Assembly (NCBI GenBank): GCA_038087875.1
Contig: CM075978.1
Span: 177,320,001 to 177,384,000 of the forward strand
Source of the DNA: Malacoraja senta
Taxonomy: Eukaryota
Direction of reading: 5' to 3'
DNA length: 64,000 nucleotides
Shown: in pieces, positions 12,178 to 24,691 of the stretch
How positions within the stretch are numbered: the stretch's first letter is position 1
Layout of the letters: the number at the start of each line of letters is the position of its first letter
Position numbers and translations under genes: made by a program
Notes under the pieces: model-generated
The model's database searches: none
Told to the model about the DNA's origin: nothing
The model's input: the letters and a program-made list of their open reading frames with translations, nothing else

Positions 12178-12789
12178 ATCTAGGAACTTATAAACTCCTT
12201 CACATTTATCCCTTTTAAACGCAACATTTAACTTTAATTGAATTTGGGCAAATTACTACAGGAAAATAGAAACAGGAATTGCTGGAAATACTCATTAGGA
12301 CAGGTCACATTTGTGGGAAGAGAAACTGAGTTAATGTTTCAGGTAGAAGATCCTTTGTCAGAATTGGGAAAAAGACATTAAAAAAATATAAAAAGAGAAA
12401 GGAAAAGCTGACATGGTATTTTTTTCTCTTTTCCTGCACATTTTTTTTCTTTTCTCTCTCTGAGAGTGGGAGACGTATCCAGCCTGACCTGCCAGGCATA
12501 TCTTTCTGCTTCGCATTTCACAACTACCACATTCTTTTGTCTGTGTTCTCACTCTCTAACTGTTCCGATCACATCATTGACCAGATAACTTTGTTTACAG
12601 TTTATTCCTGTGATCACTGGTATTACCCTGACAGGGACCCCCCCTCCCCCTCCCTGCAGTTTAACAAGATTATTTTGTCTCTTTCCCAGATTTGACAAAG
12701 GTTCTTCGACATTAAATGTTAACTTTGTTTCTCTTCCCTCAGATGCAGCCTGGTTGCTGAGTATTTCCAGCATCTGTAGTTTGCTTTTG

Positions 12790-13045
12790 ACAATAGACAA
12801 TAGACAATAGGTGCAGGAGTAGGCCATTTGGCCCTTCGAGCCATTCAATGTGATCATGGCTGATCATCCCCAATCAGTACCCCGTTCCTGCCTTCTCCCC
12901 ATACCCCCTGACTCCGCTATTTTTAAGAGCCGTATCTAGCTCTCTCTTGAAAGCATCCAGAGAACCTGCCTCCACCGCCCTCTGAGGCAGAGAATTCCAC
13001 AGACTCACCACTCTCTGTGAGAAAAAGTGTTTCCTCGTCTCCATT
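12790..13045 (-). mobile_element. CR1 LINE 3' end with (CTATTGT)n tail
   Basis: Reverse complement of FFSQRVVSLWNSLP coding sequence plus tandem tail. Confidence 0.75.
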
Positions 13046-14399
13046 CTAACTTACCACAGTTAAAGTTAGAAATCGAATGTAAAAACAAAATACTAAGCTG
13101 GTTGGATAGGATCTGTGGAGAAGCATTTTATGTTTCAATTTGAAGACTCTTCATCAGAGGAGTGAAACGTTAGTCTAAGTAGAAGAGAACGTGGGGAAGT
13201 GTCTTTATTTCAGATTTCCATGATCTGCAGTTCTCTTGATTTTCAATCTTCTCAATTAAATCAAATCCGTTTTAAATGTAAGCAGAGTGAGGGGGGGGGG
13301 GGGGGACAAAGAGAATGCCTGTGATGGTAAAAACTAAATGAGAAAGGTATTGACCATAACATTTCCATGGTATTTATTCTCTCTTGGCCACCATTCTATC
13401 AGATAGTCCCTCCCTCTTTTCTTTTCACCCCAAACATCTTCCCTGCAACATAAAAAGTTTCCAATATTTTCTGGTTCTGATGAAATGTCATTGGCCTGAA
13501 ACGTGATCTGTTTCTACCACCACAAGCAGTGACTGACCCACAGTATTTCCAGCAGTTTTACCCATTTTGATGATAATTCACAAGTTATCCTTGTCCTAGA
13601 ATATAACTTCAACTACTTACAAACCATTGTGGGGGAACTTAAAATACTTTGCCTTGCAAATGAATTCCAATTAAAGTTTCAAATTGTCTTCATTACATTC
13701 TCTTTCATCCTGTAATTTTTATTTTCCAATTTTAGAGATTGCTTTGTTTTTATCTGAATATTAATGTGTATATCTATATTAATTACTCTCTGCATTGTGT
13801 TAATTAAAGGTGAAGAATTTTACTTCCTGTTTTTTTGGCCATCAGAATTCTTCATTTGGATTGGTAGCTGTGCCAGTTTGTTGACATTATTGTTACTGGA
13901 TGTCACATAGTCCAAAAAAAGTGTTCTACAACTCCTGATGTAGCGGGAAACCTACTTCACTGACAATGCACATTCTCTGTGGGCAAGATCTTCCACGTTT
14001 TGGAAGATCACTTCCTTGCCTTGACCAGAAATTCTTGCCTAATGTTGTAGAGATTATGCTGAGCACACAGGATGTTCAATATATTTCTGATGTATATGGG
14101 GTTACCCCAAACATTGTGATCATTTAAAACCATCATCAACTTTTACTGCCTTTGTTCCATTACACAGCACCTTCCCAAATACCACACCTGGCCTTCACTA
14201 CAATGTTACATCCTTTTCAGTGCTGGTGTGCACAAATCTCCTCAGAAACAGTTACTGCTGATGTCTCTCTACTCACAAGCAGTACCTTTATCCATGAACC
14301 TAAACCAGTAAAACAGTCCATGCAAATGGGACTGACGTGCCTCCACCTACCTCTCAATTTCATAGCTAGTGGATGGGCCCCGAGAATGGGCCATGTTTA

Positions 14400-14690
14400 A
14401 TGGTCAGCATGGTCTCCATGGGCCAATCAAACACGCATTTACACACTAAACCTACACTGATCTAATTTTATTCTGCCACTTTTCTTTAACCAACCACCCC
14501 ACCCCCCATACAACCGGGGCAATTTACAGCAGCCAATTAACCCTCCCACACGAAGAAACTGGAGCATTTGGAGGAATCCCACACGGTGGCAGTGTGAGCG
14601 AGCAAACTCCACATAGGCGGCACGCACCACAGGTCTGGTGCCTCGGTTGTTGCAGCGAGTCTACCAGCTGCACCACTGTGCCGCCCCTCT
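14400..14690 (-). mobile_element. V-domain (HE1-like) tRNA SINE
   Basis: GGGGCGGCACAGTGGTGCAGC head and TGGAGTTTGC...CCAGTTTC V-domain-like block. Confidence 0.65.
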
Positions 14691-15223
14691 GTGAATGTAC
14701 CTGCAATAGTACCAGCGATGGTGTCCAGGGAACAATCTCATGAGATCAGTGTCCATGCAATCGTTCTAGTTTCCTTCAAATCACTGGAGTTTCCACACCA
14801 ATGACATTCTACAGAAGATAAACACCAAATGCTGGAGTAACTCAGCGGGTCAGGCAGCATCTCTGGAGAGAAGGAATAGGTGAGGTTTCGGATCAAGACC
14901 TGTCTTCAGACTCCAATGCTGGCTGTTGGCGGTGCCGAGGGAAACCTCTCTCTGCAAACACTACTACTCCATCCCACCCAGACCCATCATTCAGATTGAT
15001 TCAGCTTGCCGGGTGTAGATCTATCCAACTGCTCAGGAACATTCATGCATGCCACTGCTTTGGGAGCTGCGGAAAGTCAGTCGGGATCTTCTGGTTAATA
15101 GACTGGGGCGCCTGTGCTCCACTGGACGGGAAGGTGGATGGGGAGAGAATGAATCGGGAGGCTGTGTCAGGCCGGGGAGGGGGTGGAGAAGAAACGTAGG
15201 CTGGCAGCTTTCTACAGTACAGC

Positions 15224-15229
15224 TTTATT
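15224..15229 (-). terminator. Putative distal poly(A) signal of MTSS2 (AATAAA)
   Basis: Minus strand ...TATT-AATAAA-GCTGTA with upstream TGTA/U-rich tracts and a downstream GTTTCTTCT element; a proximal AATAAA at 23178-23183 is an alternative. Confidence 0.4.
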
Positions 15230-17559
15230 AATACTGGAAACATCACAGTGCGATTGAGGCTTCAGCCGGTGAGAGTAAACAAATTCACATGATTATAATA
15301 TTACAAAAGAGGGTGGAAAAGACGGTTACCAACAGCACCGGGAACATCACTTCAGTGTTTCTTTTTACTTTTTGTCTGTACAAAAAAAAAATGGTGACGA
15401 GTGCTGCGACCGCAGAGGTCATCTGCTCCTCGAAAATGTCCAGGGAATGGCCGTGGGGCAGAGGAGCGGGGAGAAGCAGCGGCCGTTGCCCTGCTGGGCT
15501 GTGGGGCAGGAGGTTGGCGAAGCTCTGGCAATGTGCCCACTTGCCGACCATTCCTCAGCCGGGCCGAGCCCTTTGCCAGTGCCCCACGCTGGTTTTCCCT
15601 GTTGCCCCCACCCCACATGCTGGAGCTGATTCCTATTCAACGTGTCTCTTGAAGTTGTCCACACCACCGCCTCGTCTTCCAATCCCACAGCCCCCGTCGC
15701 TCCATCTCCATCCCTCCACCCGAGAAATACTTCTGGCAAGTCGTAATCTTAAAACAAAAAGGCTGTTTAATGTGCCATTGCAGAGAGAACGTCTGCGCCC
15801 TGTGGATGAAACAAAATAAATGCAAGGCCGACTTAATCAGGATAAAGCCGAGACAATCTGAGACATCGACTAATTTGAGAAGCACCTTGGTGATTTGCCA
15901 CTCCCGGTCAGTTTGTCCAATCTATAGGTTACCATCAGAAAGATCATTTATTTTGCAAGTTTGTATTTCTATAGCACCAAGTCGCTTAACAAAGACTTTA
16001 TACCCTCAGATAAATAAATACCAGCGCCAAGCCACACACAAGAGACACTGCGACGGACTTGGCAGAGAAGTAGGCGATAAGGAGCATCAGAAAGCAGGAA
16101 TGCACTTAACTGGGATCAGCGATGTTTGGGGAAGGGAGCGCCGCAGATGGGATTTCAGGCAGCCTTTTTTGTAACTCTTTCTTCGTTTTTAGATCATGTT
16201 AACAGATCTTTAAACGCTCAGATTCAGTAGCCCCAATTGTCCTGTCACACTCGAATCAATAGGTCTGCCCACCTGGAAGCATTTATTGTGAAATGATCCT
16301 TCACATGAAAGCACGGCAGTTGTTGGCGTTGTGTTTCTACGGGGTCCGGAGACCTTGTCCGGTACTTCACGTTCGTTCTGGTTCTGAGTAACAGTGGGCA
16401 CCAGACCACGGCCATTTCGCAGCTAATGACAGCTGGTGTCTGACAAGCCCCTGTTCGCGTGTATCTGAGGAGCGGTGTCTCAGCAGACTGGAACTTTGGC
16501 TGAGCATATAACGCACGCGTTTGACCCATTTCCCTTCAAACTTTCCCTATCATGTAGTCTGAATTGAACCCGAACTCCCTTGTACAACTCGTCTGGGACA
16601 TGGAGACGTGGCAGTTAGTGGTGAGGCCAGTCATTTCAGGTGAAAAGAACAAACACAAGAGGGGGCTTCTGTCTGCAGATTGAGCCATGACTCCTAACCC
16701 TAATTTCACCCCCGGCTGATTCACTCTGTCACAGTTTTCCTTGTTTTTGCATCTTCACTGAAGGAAGGTTGAACGAGTACGTTTAAAGCCTTACTTGCCC
16801 TCGAAGGAGAGCTGCTCTCCGTTGCCAACTTCTGGCACGGTACGGAACTGTTTGAGTAACTGTTTAGTTTTGCTTGGCCTCAGCACAATATTTGCAGACG
16901 CAGAAATCTATCCGTCAAATAAAAACGCCGGCTTAACTTGGTCACCAATAAAGTAGCAAGCCAAAATATAACAGTCAATTCACAACACAGCCAACAATCC
17001 CAGTATAACACATTGTGACACAAAACTGGCTTATTCAGCAACAAAAAAAGAATGCTTGCCTTCTTTATAGGGGCCCCACTAAACTCAAGTTGTAGGCATT
17101 AAATTATCATTGTCACTTTGTTTAGTGGTCTTAAACATTTTTGATTGAATGATGACATTCCTCCTGTCCTTCCCATCTCCTATAGTAAGCAGCAGTTTCC
17201 TTTCCCAGCCCGGTCTGTTCCTTCCATCCAAGTACAGGTACCATCCTACACTCCTCACTCACTCTGCCAACTCGCCCTCCAATCCCCACACTCTTCTCCT
17301 AACGAGTTGGCTTCTGTCACAGTTAGATGTTCACATGACGCAGAAAAAAACCGTTATACAGATGTTTACAATTATACATGAATCATTTGGAAAACTTCAT
17401 AAAAATATATCTATCTGCTCTACAATGAATCTCATTGCCTTCCCCTCAGTTCCCTCAGTATCTGCAACAATGGGGCATTCTCCAAATTCTCCCAAATGAA
17501 TACCATCAGCATAATGAACCTTGGACGGTGTCATAACCGAGTCAATTCCTTGGCATCCA

Positions 17560-17820
17560 TTCCAAACTCTCCCTCTCCTGTGCCTCTGTACCTCTCCATC
17601 CTAAAGTCTGCCCTCCAAGTACCCATACACCTCTCCATCCCAAACTCCCCCTCTCCAGTGCTTGTATTCCTCTCCATCCCAACCCTGCCCTCCCAGTGCC
17701 CCTATAGCTCTCCATCCCAACTCTGCCTTTCCAGTGTCCTCTCCCTACATCTCTTCCATCTCAACTTCCCTTTCCTGTCCCAGCTGATGTACCTCACCAT
17801 TCCAAACCCTCTCTCCCCTG
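17560..17820. repeat. C-rich degenerate minisatellite (about 38-bp unit, CCTCTCCATCCCAA core)
   Basis: About 7 diverged units visible. Confidence 0.65.
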
Positions 17821-20800
17821 TGGCCTGCATTGGGGAGCTCAAATATTGTAGGAAGACTGAGGAGAAATTCCATTCGAGAAAAATCCTTCACACCCTATAC
17901 CACTACTGCAACTCTATAACATTTCTTTCAGCAGCTGCTCGTTTCAAACTAAAACTCACAATTAATTTGCATCCTGATGTATTTATTAAATTATTGCACA
18001 ACTGTAACAATATAAAATGTTGCTTAAAGTGAGCATATTAGATCTGAAGCCATGAGGCAAGTTTTAATTCAGGGTCTGGCATTATACAACTCTGAACCAT
18101 CTTAACAATCCTCGTTTCACAAAAGGTTAGCCAACTCAGTCATGGCATCAATACATGCCTCCATTCAAGTTCATTACTCTTACTATTCATTATTTTCTTA
18201 CCCTGCTAAATTAAAAATAAATGATCATTGGTGAAGATTGTGCTGGTCACTTAAATGGATACAAATGTAAGACTGGAGTTGGCAGTTACATCTAAGCAGG
18301 GTCTATTGCAATTATAAAGTCTTAGGCTGGGCTTTTGCTGAGGGAACAACTCACCCTGGGGGTGGCGGGGGGGGGGGAGGGGGGGAGGAAAGGTCAGCAA
18401 GAGATCTCCAGACTTCCAGCCTTTTGGTCCCTGGGTGCGGGTCTAGATGCCACTCAAATTAATTGAGACACTTCTAAGCTTAGAAACAGTTACAGTGCTC
18501 AATACTGGTTGACACTGCCCAACATTGCTGACACAAGCAATAACAAAACAACTGAAGCAACCCAACCAGTTGAGCAGTATCTGTGAAAGCAAAGGGACGG
18601 TTGATATTTAGAGTCGACAACCTGCATCAGTACTGCAGGGTCTCGCTCGAAATGTTGACTATCCCTCTGCCTCCACAGATACTGCCTCACCTGCCGAGTT
18701 CCTCCAGCATTTGTTTTTCCTTTGTTATAGATTGCAGCATCTGCAGTTTCTTGTATCTCCATTTTACTGTTGACACCAGGATTGGAGCTGGCATCTTGCA
18801 CACTCACTCCATTTTCAGTGCTGTTTCTACCAAACCTTGAAACTTTGCACAAAAAATACAAACAAATGTCTTTCAGACAGATGTCAAAATATTCAATTTG
18901 TAGATTTGAAAAAAAAATCTAAAAAGCTATTAAAAATCACAATTTGTATTCATTTTCTGGAAACCTATATAATATTAAAAACCTTTTTTTTCCCTGCAAG
19001 TGATAAAGGATTATACAATGACTAATGAATCATACAATTTCTCATACACATTATTTCACAAATATCTAGCTAATAAATACAAACCATTTCCCATTAAGCA
19101 ATCATTTAAGGGTGATATAGAATATAAGCCTTATTCTAACTGTGTTGCACATCACAACATGTTTTGAGGGTGTTTGCCCACTGTTCAACAATGGCATCAA
19201 GTACATGCCTCATCCCCTGCATTCTAACTGTTCACTGGGGTAAATCTTGGCTTTAAGAGCTGTTCTTATGCTTTTGAGTCATAAAGAGTTAAGTTCAATT
19301 CCTTTCCAAGGATCCAAGCACATGATCCAGACTGGTGTTTCAAAGAAATATAAAGTGCTACAAGTTGCCGTCTTAGACCAATGCCCCAATCTGACACATG
19401 CTATAATTCAAAACAGTATTGGCAACCTCTTGCAGTACAGTAGCCACTCCTTATATCTTGCCCTGTATCACTGATACAGATTACTGGGTCATCCTTCTCA
19501 TTTGTCTTTGTAAGACTTGGGTATGCATTGTGTTTTTGTTATACAACACATGACGCAATGCATTTTATTGCAAATCATCATTTTCTACCCTTTGTTCGAG
19601 TTACTGAAGTAATTATGGCTAAAACTATAGGTCCAAATGAAAACCAGGAATGATGGAATTCTAAAACAAGCTGAAAATTAGAGACAGTGCTTAAAAGGTT
19701 AAAAGATGGAATTGTCATTGCTCGGAAGATCCCTCAACCACACTTCACTTGTCTCTTAGGTCATTTCAAGGTGAAGGACTGACACTGAACATCGCTTCAT
19801 GTCCGATAGAGTAATGTGGTATAACTAAACTCTTACCGATCCACTAGGTTATTTGGCGCTCCTGAACATCCTGGAGCTAGAGTAGCCATGTAAAGAACTG
19901 GACTAATAATCCAAAGAAAGCCTGTCCAAATTCCAAGTTAGCTTCTCTTGGTTTTGAATCCTTTTTTAAAAAGACAGCATTATTTGTGGATTAGACCAAT
20001 ATTCCAATTAACTAACTAATATGGTTTAGTGAAGGAGAACTTTCTAACTATCCTCTTCCTTTTTATTTGTAACCATAACACCTCAAGCAATACAGCCATC
20101 CATTCTCTGAAGTATCCAAGTGAGACACTTAATTATACTGAAAGCCGTACAAAGAGAATGAAATTCTAAATCAATAGCATCACCATCACTGGCTCTATGT
20201 CACCTTTCCAACAATGAGGGAAGGGGAATAAATGCTGGTCTTGTCACACCTTCTGATAGATGCAAGGGTGATGTGGAGGGAGATTTAATTCACCTCACAG
20301 TCCAGAAGCCACAGGGGTGGACAAAGAGCACAACGTTTACCCGTGTCCTACTTGGATCAAGTGTGTAATATTAACTAATGTCAGCAGTTCTTTCCCACAG
20401 CTGGGAATTCCAATTATTCCAAGAGTAAAGAGAATGCAAGATATATCCACACAGGAGAAGCTCTCCAGAACATATCTAGACAAACATAAACTGGGGAGTC
20501 CTCAGAGGTCTGCTGTGACGAGTAAACACTAAGTTGAAAAATATAAAATGCTCAAAACACTGCAGGTCAGGCAGTATTTGTGTGTGTGAAAGTTGCAGGT
20601 CATTGATCTTCTGAATCTTCCCAGCATCTTCTGCTTTTATTTCAGATTTCCAGCAGCTGCAATTTTTTGATTTTCAAACACTGAGAAGTGTTTGGTGCCC
20701 AAAATCAAAAAGCACATCTTACATCTGCAGCCTCACTTTATTCCAATAAAATCTAAGAATGTGCTGGTTACTGCCCATAAGACCTCGGAACAAGGGCATC

Positions 20801-21619
20801 AGTTGTAGCTGAACCCTTAGTCCTCTTCTCACTCCATCAGCACATTAACCCAAGAGAGACTCTTCTATTGTATTTGAGAATGAGAATATTGGAAGTGGGA
20901 TCACAGGGTTCTGGTCACAGTGGGTACATGGAGCTATGGAATTACACTGCGGATTCTATCCTTCCAGAAGTCAGTGAGGGACAGAGAGGGTGAGGGAGAG
21001 AGAGAGAGAGAGAGAGAAAGAAAGAGAGAAAGAGACCTTGTATCTATTCCATCACTATGAAAAACTATTTCCACATCCTTGACATTGTCTGCCTCTGCCC
21101 TGCCTCAGCCCACCTGCAGCTGGCATCTCCGCTTGTGGGAGGAGTCAGTCAGGTAGATCATCTCACACATTGTGGACAACTAAAGCATCTGTTACATTCC
21201 CAATTTCCCACTGATCACCCTTCTGGCAATGTGAGCCAATCCAAAACTGCTTGTGCCCTAACTTGCATTGAGTTCCGTTCACGGATTGGTCACTGACCTT
21301 CTCTAAATACTGGTTAAGTAATGCCCTAATGTTACAATTCCCATCCGTGTTTCCAATTCCTTCCGAGATCCCTCTGTAATCCTCATCGGCACTTCGCCAA
21401 TTTTAACCTCCAGCACGTCCATATGTAACCATTCCATCACTGGCTCCAAGGCAATAAACTCTGGAATTCCTTCCCAAAACAACCCTCTCACACCTCCTCC
21501 TTTAAGATGCTCCTTAAAAACTGCCTCTTTGACTAAAGATTTCATCTTCCACCCTGAAATCTCCAAATGTGGCTTGGCATAAGTATTTTTTGCTTTCTAA
21601 AGCTCCTGGAAATCACCCT

Positions 21620-22382
21620 GGATAGAGTGGTGAAGAAGGCCAATTGCATGCTTGCCTTCACAGGTCGGGGCATAGAATATAAGAGTTGACACATTATGTA
21701 ACAACTGCACAAAACACTAGTTGAGCTGCACTTAGAGTACTGTGTGCAGTTTTGGTCACCATACAATAAAAAAGATGTGGTTGCACTGTGCAGAGGATGT
21801 CGCTTGGATTAGAGGACGTTAGTTATGGGGAGAAACAGGATAGGCTGGGCTTGTGTTCCCTGGAGTGAATGAGGCTGAGCGGTACCTTACAGCAGTATGT
21901 AAGATTACGACAAGCATGGCCAGGGTAGATAGTCAAAATCTTTTGTCTGTGATAGGGGTATCAAAAACAGAAGAGCATGGATTAAGTTGAAAGGATCTGA
22001 GGGCAAAGTATTTTACACAGAGGTAGACAAAAATGCTGGAGAAACCCGAAACGTTGCCTATTTCCTTCGCTCCATAGATGCTGCCTCACCCGCTGAGTTT
22101 CTCCAGCATTTTTGTCTACCTTCGATTTTCCAGCATCTGCAGTTCCTTCTTAAATATTTTACACAGAGAGTGGTTGATATCTAGAACTGGCTGGCAGAGG
22201 AGGTGGTGGAATTAAATACAATTCCTATGTTTAAGAGGCAAGTAGACAGACTCTTAAATAACCAAAGCATAGGAGGATATGGACCGAAAGCTGGCAAATG
22301 GGGTTAGTGTAGATGGGTATCAAGGTCAACATGGATGTGGTGGGCTGATGGGACCCTTTCTGTGCTGTACGACTCTATGACT
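21620..22382 (+). mobile_element. CR1 LINE 3' fragment
   Basis: LEYCVQFWSP-like sequence and CR1 tail GACTCTATGACT. Confidence 0.8.
22023..22154. mobile_element. Short Penelope-derived insertion with partial terminal inversion
   Basis: 14-bp TSD TATTTTACACAGAG (22009-22022 and 22155-22168); GTAGACAAAAATGCTGGAGAAAC and its inverted copy. Confidence 0.65.
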
Positions 22383-23942
22383 AAGAAATCACCCTGTGGC
22401 ATTTCTTGCTGCGTTAAGGGGAATGTAGAAATATAAGTAATTTTTGGTCGAAGTAGATGGTAATATGCCTGGAGCAAGCAGCAGGGATGGGGTTACAATT
22501 TCAGGTGAGGAACTGAGTCTTTCATGCAGGAAGTGGCTTGCACAGTGATAAATCCTACTGGTTTAACGGACTTGTTCTCCTATGCACTAATAAACCTGCG
22601 TCAACAATCGACAAGGCAGGTTTTCAAGAGGAGAATATGCATAATTCCTAAAAGAAAAAAATAACAGCACATGGTGATAAAAGGGAGATTACACAGGAAC
22701 AGAACAATTCTTCTGAGAAATGTTGTCAGGTGTCTGGGTTAATACAACACCAAACAACTTCATTACATTTTCACTGACTCCTGTTCTCCATCAACACTCC
22801 CCAGTGTGTAAGTATAGTTGTGCAACAAATCTCTATCTTTGTTCTGGGATCGATTCACGGGAGACGGCCCAGTTTCATTGATCAATTCCATATTAAAGGT
22901 GGCCAATGATAGGTGTAGCCCGCAGCTATCATGCCGAATGCTTACCCAAAATGAAATGAAAGTCTGTTACAAATAAAGATACTAGGCAGGGCCAATACTG
23001 ACTTACAATTTGAGGTGCATTGAACCAATCTGACCAGCACAGGTACCTTTTCAAATGAAAACTACTAAGTTAGTACTCTTACATTAAAAATGTCACGTTA
23101 GCCACCAAGCATCCAAATCCATCAAAGAAAAGACCAACATCCATTTGCACCATTTATCACAGGTGCAAAGGTTGGCTTTTATTTGCCATAAAGCTTGGCT
23201 CTTGGATTGGAAAGTTGGATGTGGACAAATCCAATTGCATAAGTTTAGACAAGAATGCAGGGACTTAGTAAGTGTTCCCCACAAGACAGAGAACTTCAAG
23301 CTTAAAGTTGGCAATTCAATAGTCATTCACAAATTATCTTGAAGCAGCCCCTACAATGTGAAGAAATGCGAGAAGGATGCGATGCACCAAAAATACTTCC
23401 ACCCTGCACCCCTTCCTCTGAACCAGCAGAACGCTTCTCCCCTTGTAACCTTCGCTCCCTCCCTGCTCTCTTTTTTGTTACTGTGGCAGAGCAAGGCGGT
23501 GGGTCTGGGGCACACATTGAGGACTGACGTACATAGAGGATGATTGCAAATCACCACAGTGTTTGAAGCTACACAGAGCACGTATAGAACATTTTTGTTT
23601 TGCACCAAATACCGCAAAAGCTGAAAAAGAAAGTCACACAGTGAGTCAGTTAAATGGCCAATAGAATATCTGTAAAGAACAAAATGTTAAATTCCTCTTT
23701 TAACGAACATTTAAAACCTGCCACGTCTTAAATTAAAATATGCTGTTCCACCACACCAGTAGGATGTTCTTGCTTGGTTTAAGGAAGTTCATGGCACTGT
23801 ATTGGAAACCAGCCTTGTGAAGTCAGTGTCTTTTAGTCCAATCTTCTGGTCGTATCTCACAGAGTCCATCTAATGATGCACTTGGCCTGCCTTGGCCTTC
23901 CTTCCTGCCAGTACGAGTCAGTTCTGAGCGCTGGTTTTGTTG

Positions 23943-24691
23943 TCACAAGATCCTTGGTGCAGACCTGTCGTTGGTGACGGTCCTCCTGAGCTTAACTCCT
24001 CGGCGGATGGCAGTGAGCATGTCTTCGGGAGACTCGCTAGGAGACAACGGGGGTGGGGGGAGGCCCAGGTCTTCGTCGGAAGCGGGGAGCACCGAGGGAA
24101 ATGGGAACTGTCCTTCACCCAGGGCCTGGGCGCTGGCGACCAGCTCGCCGATCTTCTCCACCAGGCTGTGGCGGTTGGCAGCCAGCTGTTGCTGCTCCTC
24201 ACTCGACAGGTGGCCGCCCGGGTAGACGGAGATCTCCACCGTCCCCCCGCCCCCCCAGGCCGTGTTGGGCAGGCTCAGCCTCTTGGGCGAGGCCTTGGCA
24301 AGATCCAAGGCATTTGGCGAGGTGTCATCGCTGAAGAAGACGCTCTCCTCACTGCCCACCCGCACTGGGACCTGGCCGTCTGGCACGGTGGGCGTCTTCA
24401 CTGGCACGATAGGGGGGCGGATAGGGATGGGGCCCGCGCTGGACAGGGCTCGACGCACTGAGGGCTTGGTGGATGGAGTGCGCCTGATGGTGGCCACTCC
24501 CGGGGTGACCAAGGCGCTCTGCGCAGACCCCGTGGGCAGTCCAGCTGTCGAGGCGGGGCGCTTGGTCTGGAACATTCTCCGGTAGCTCTGTGTGATATCA
24601 CTGTTCCGTGGGATGGTCGAAGATCTGTCAAACTCGCTTTGGTGATCTCCCTCCGCATCGCCATTGACAGAGTAGCAATCGTAATCTGAAA
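23943..24691 (-). CDS. MTSS2: MTSS2 last coding exon (Pro-rich region and C-terminal WH2 domain)
   Basis: Acceptor tcccag|TTTCA; ORF 23943..24737 ending in WH2 motif DMLTAIRRGVKLRRT and TGA stop. Confidence 0.95.

Noticed and set aside
15285-16529. Cluster of 60-176 aa ORFs on both strands
   Set aside because: No recognisable domain; overlapping frames in GC-richer, UTR-like sequence are expected by chance.
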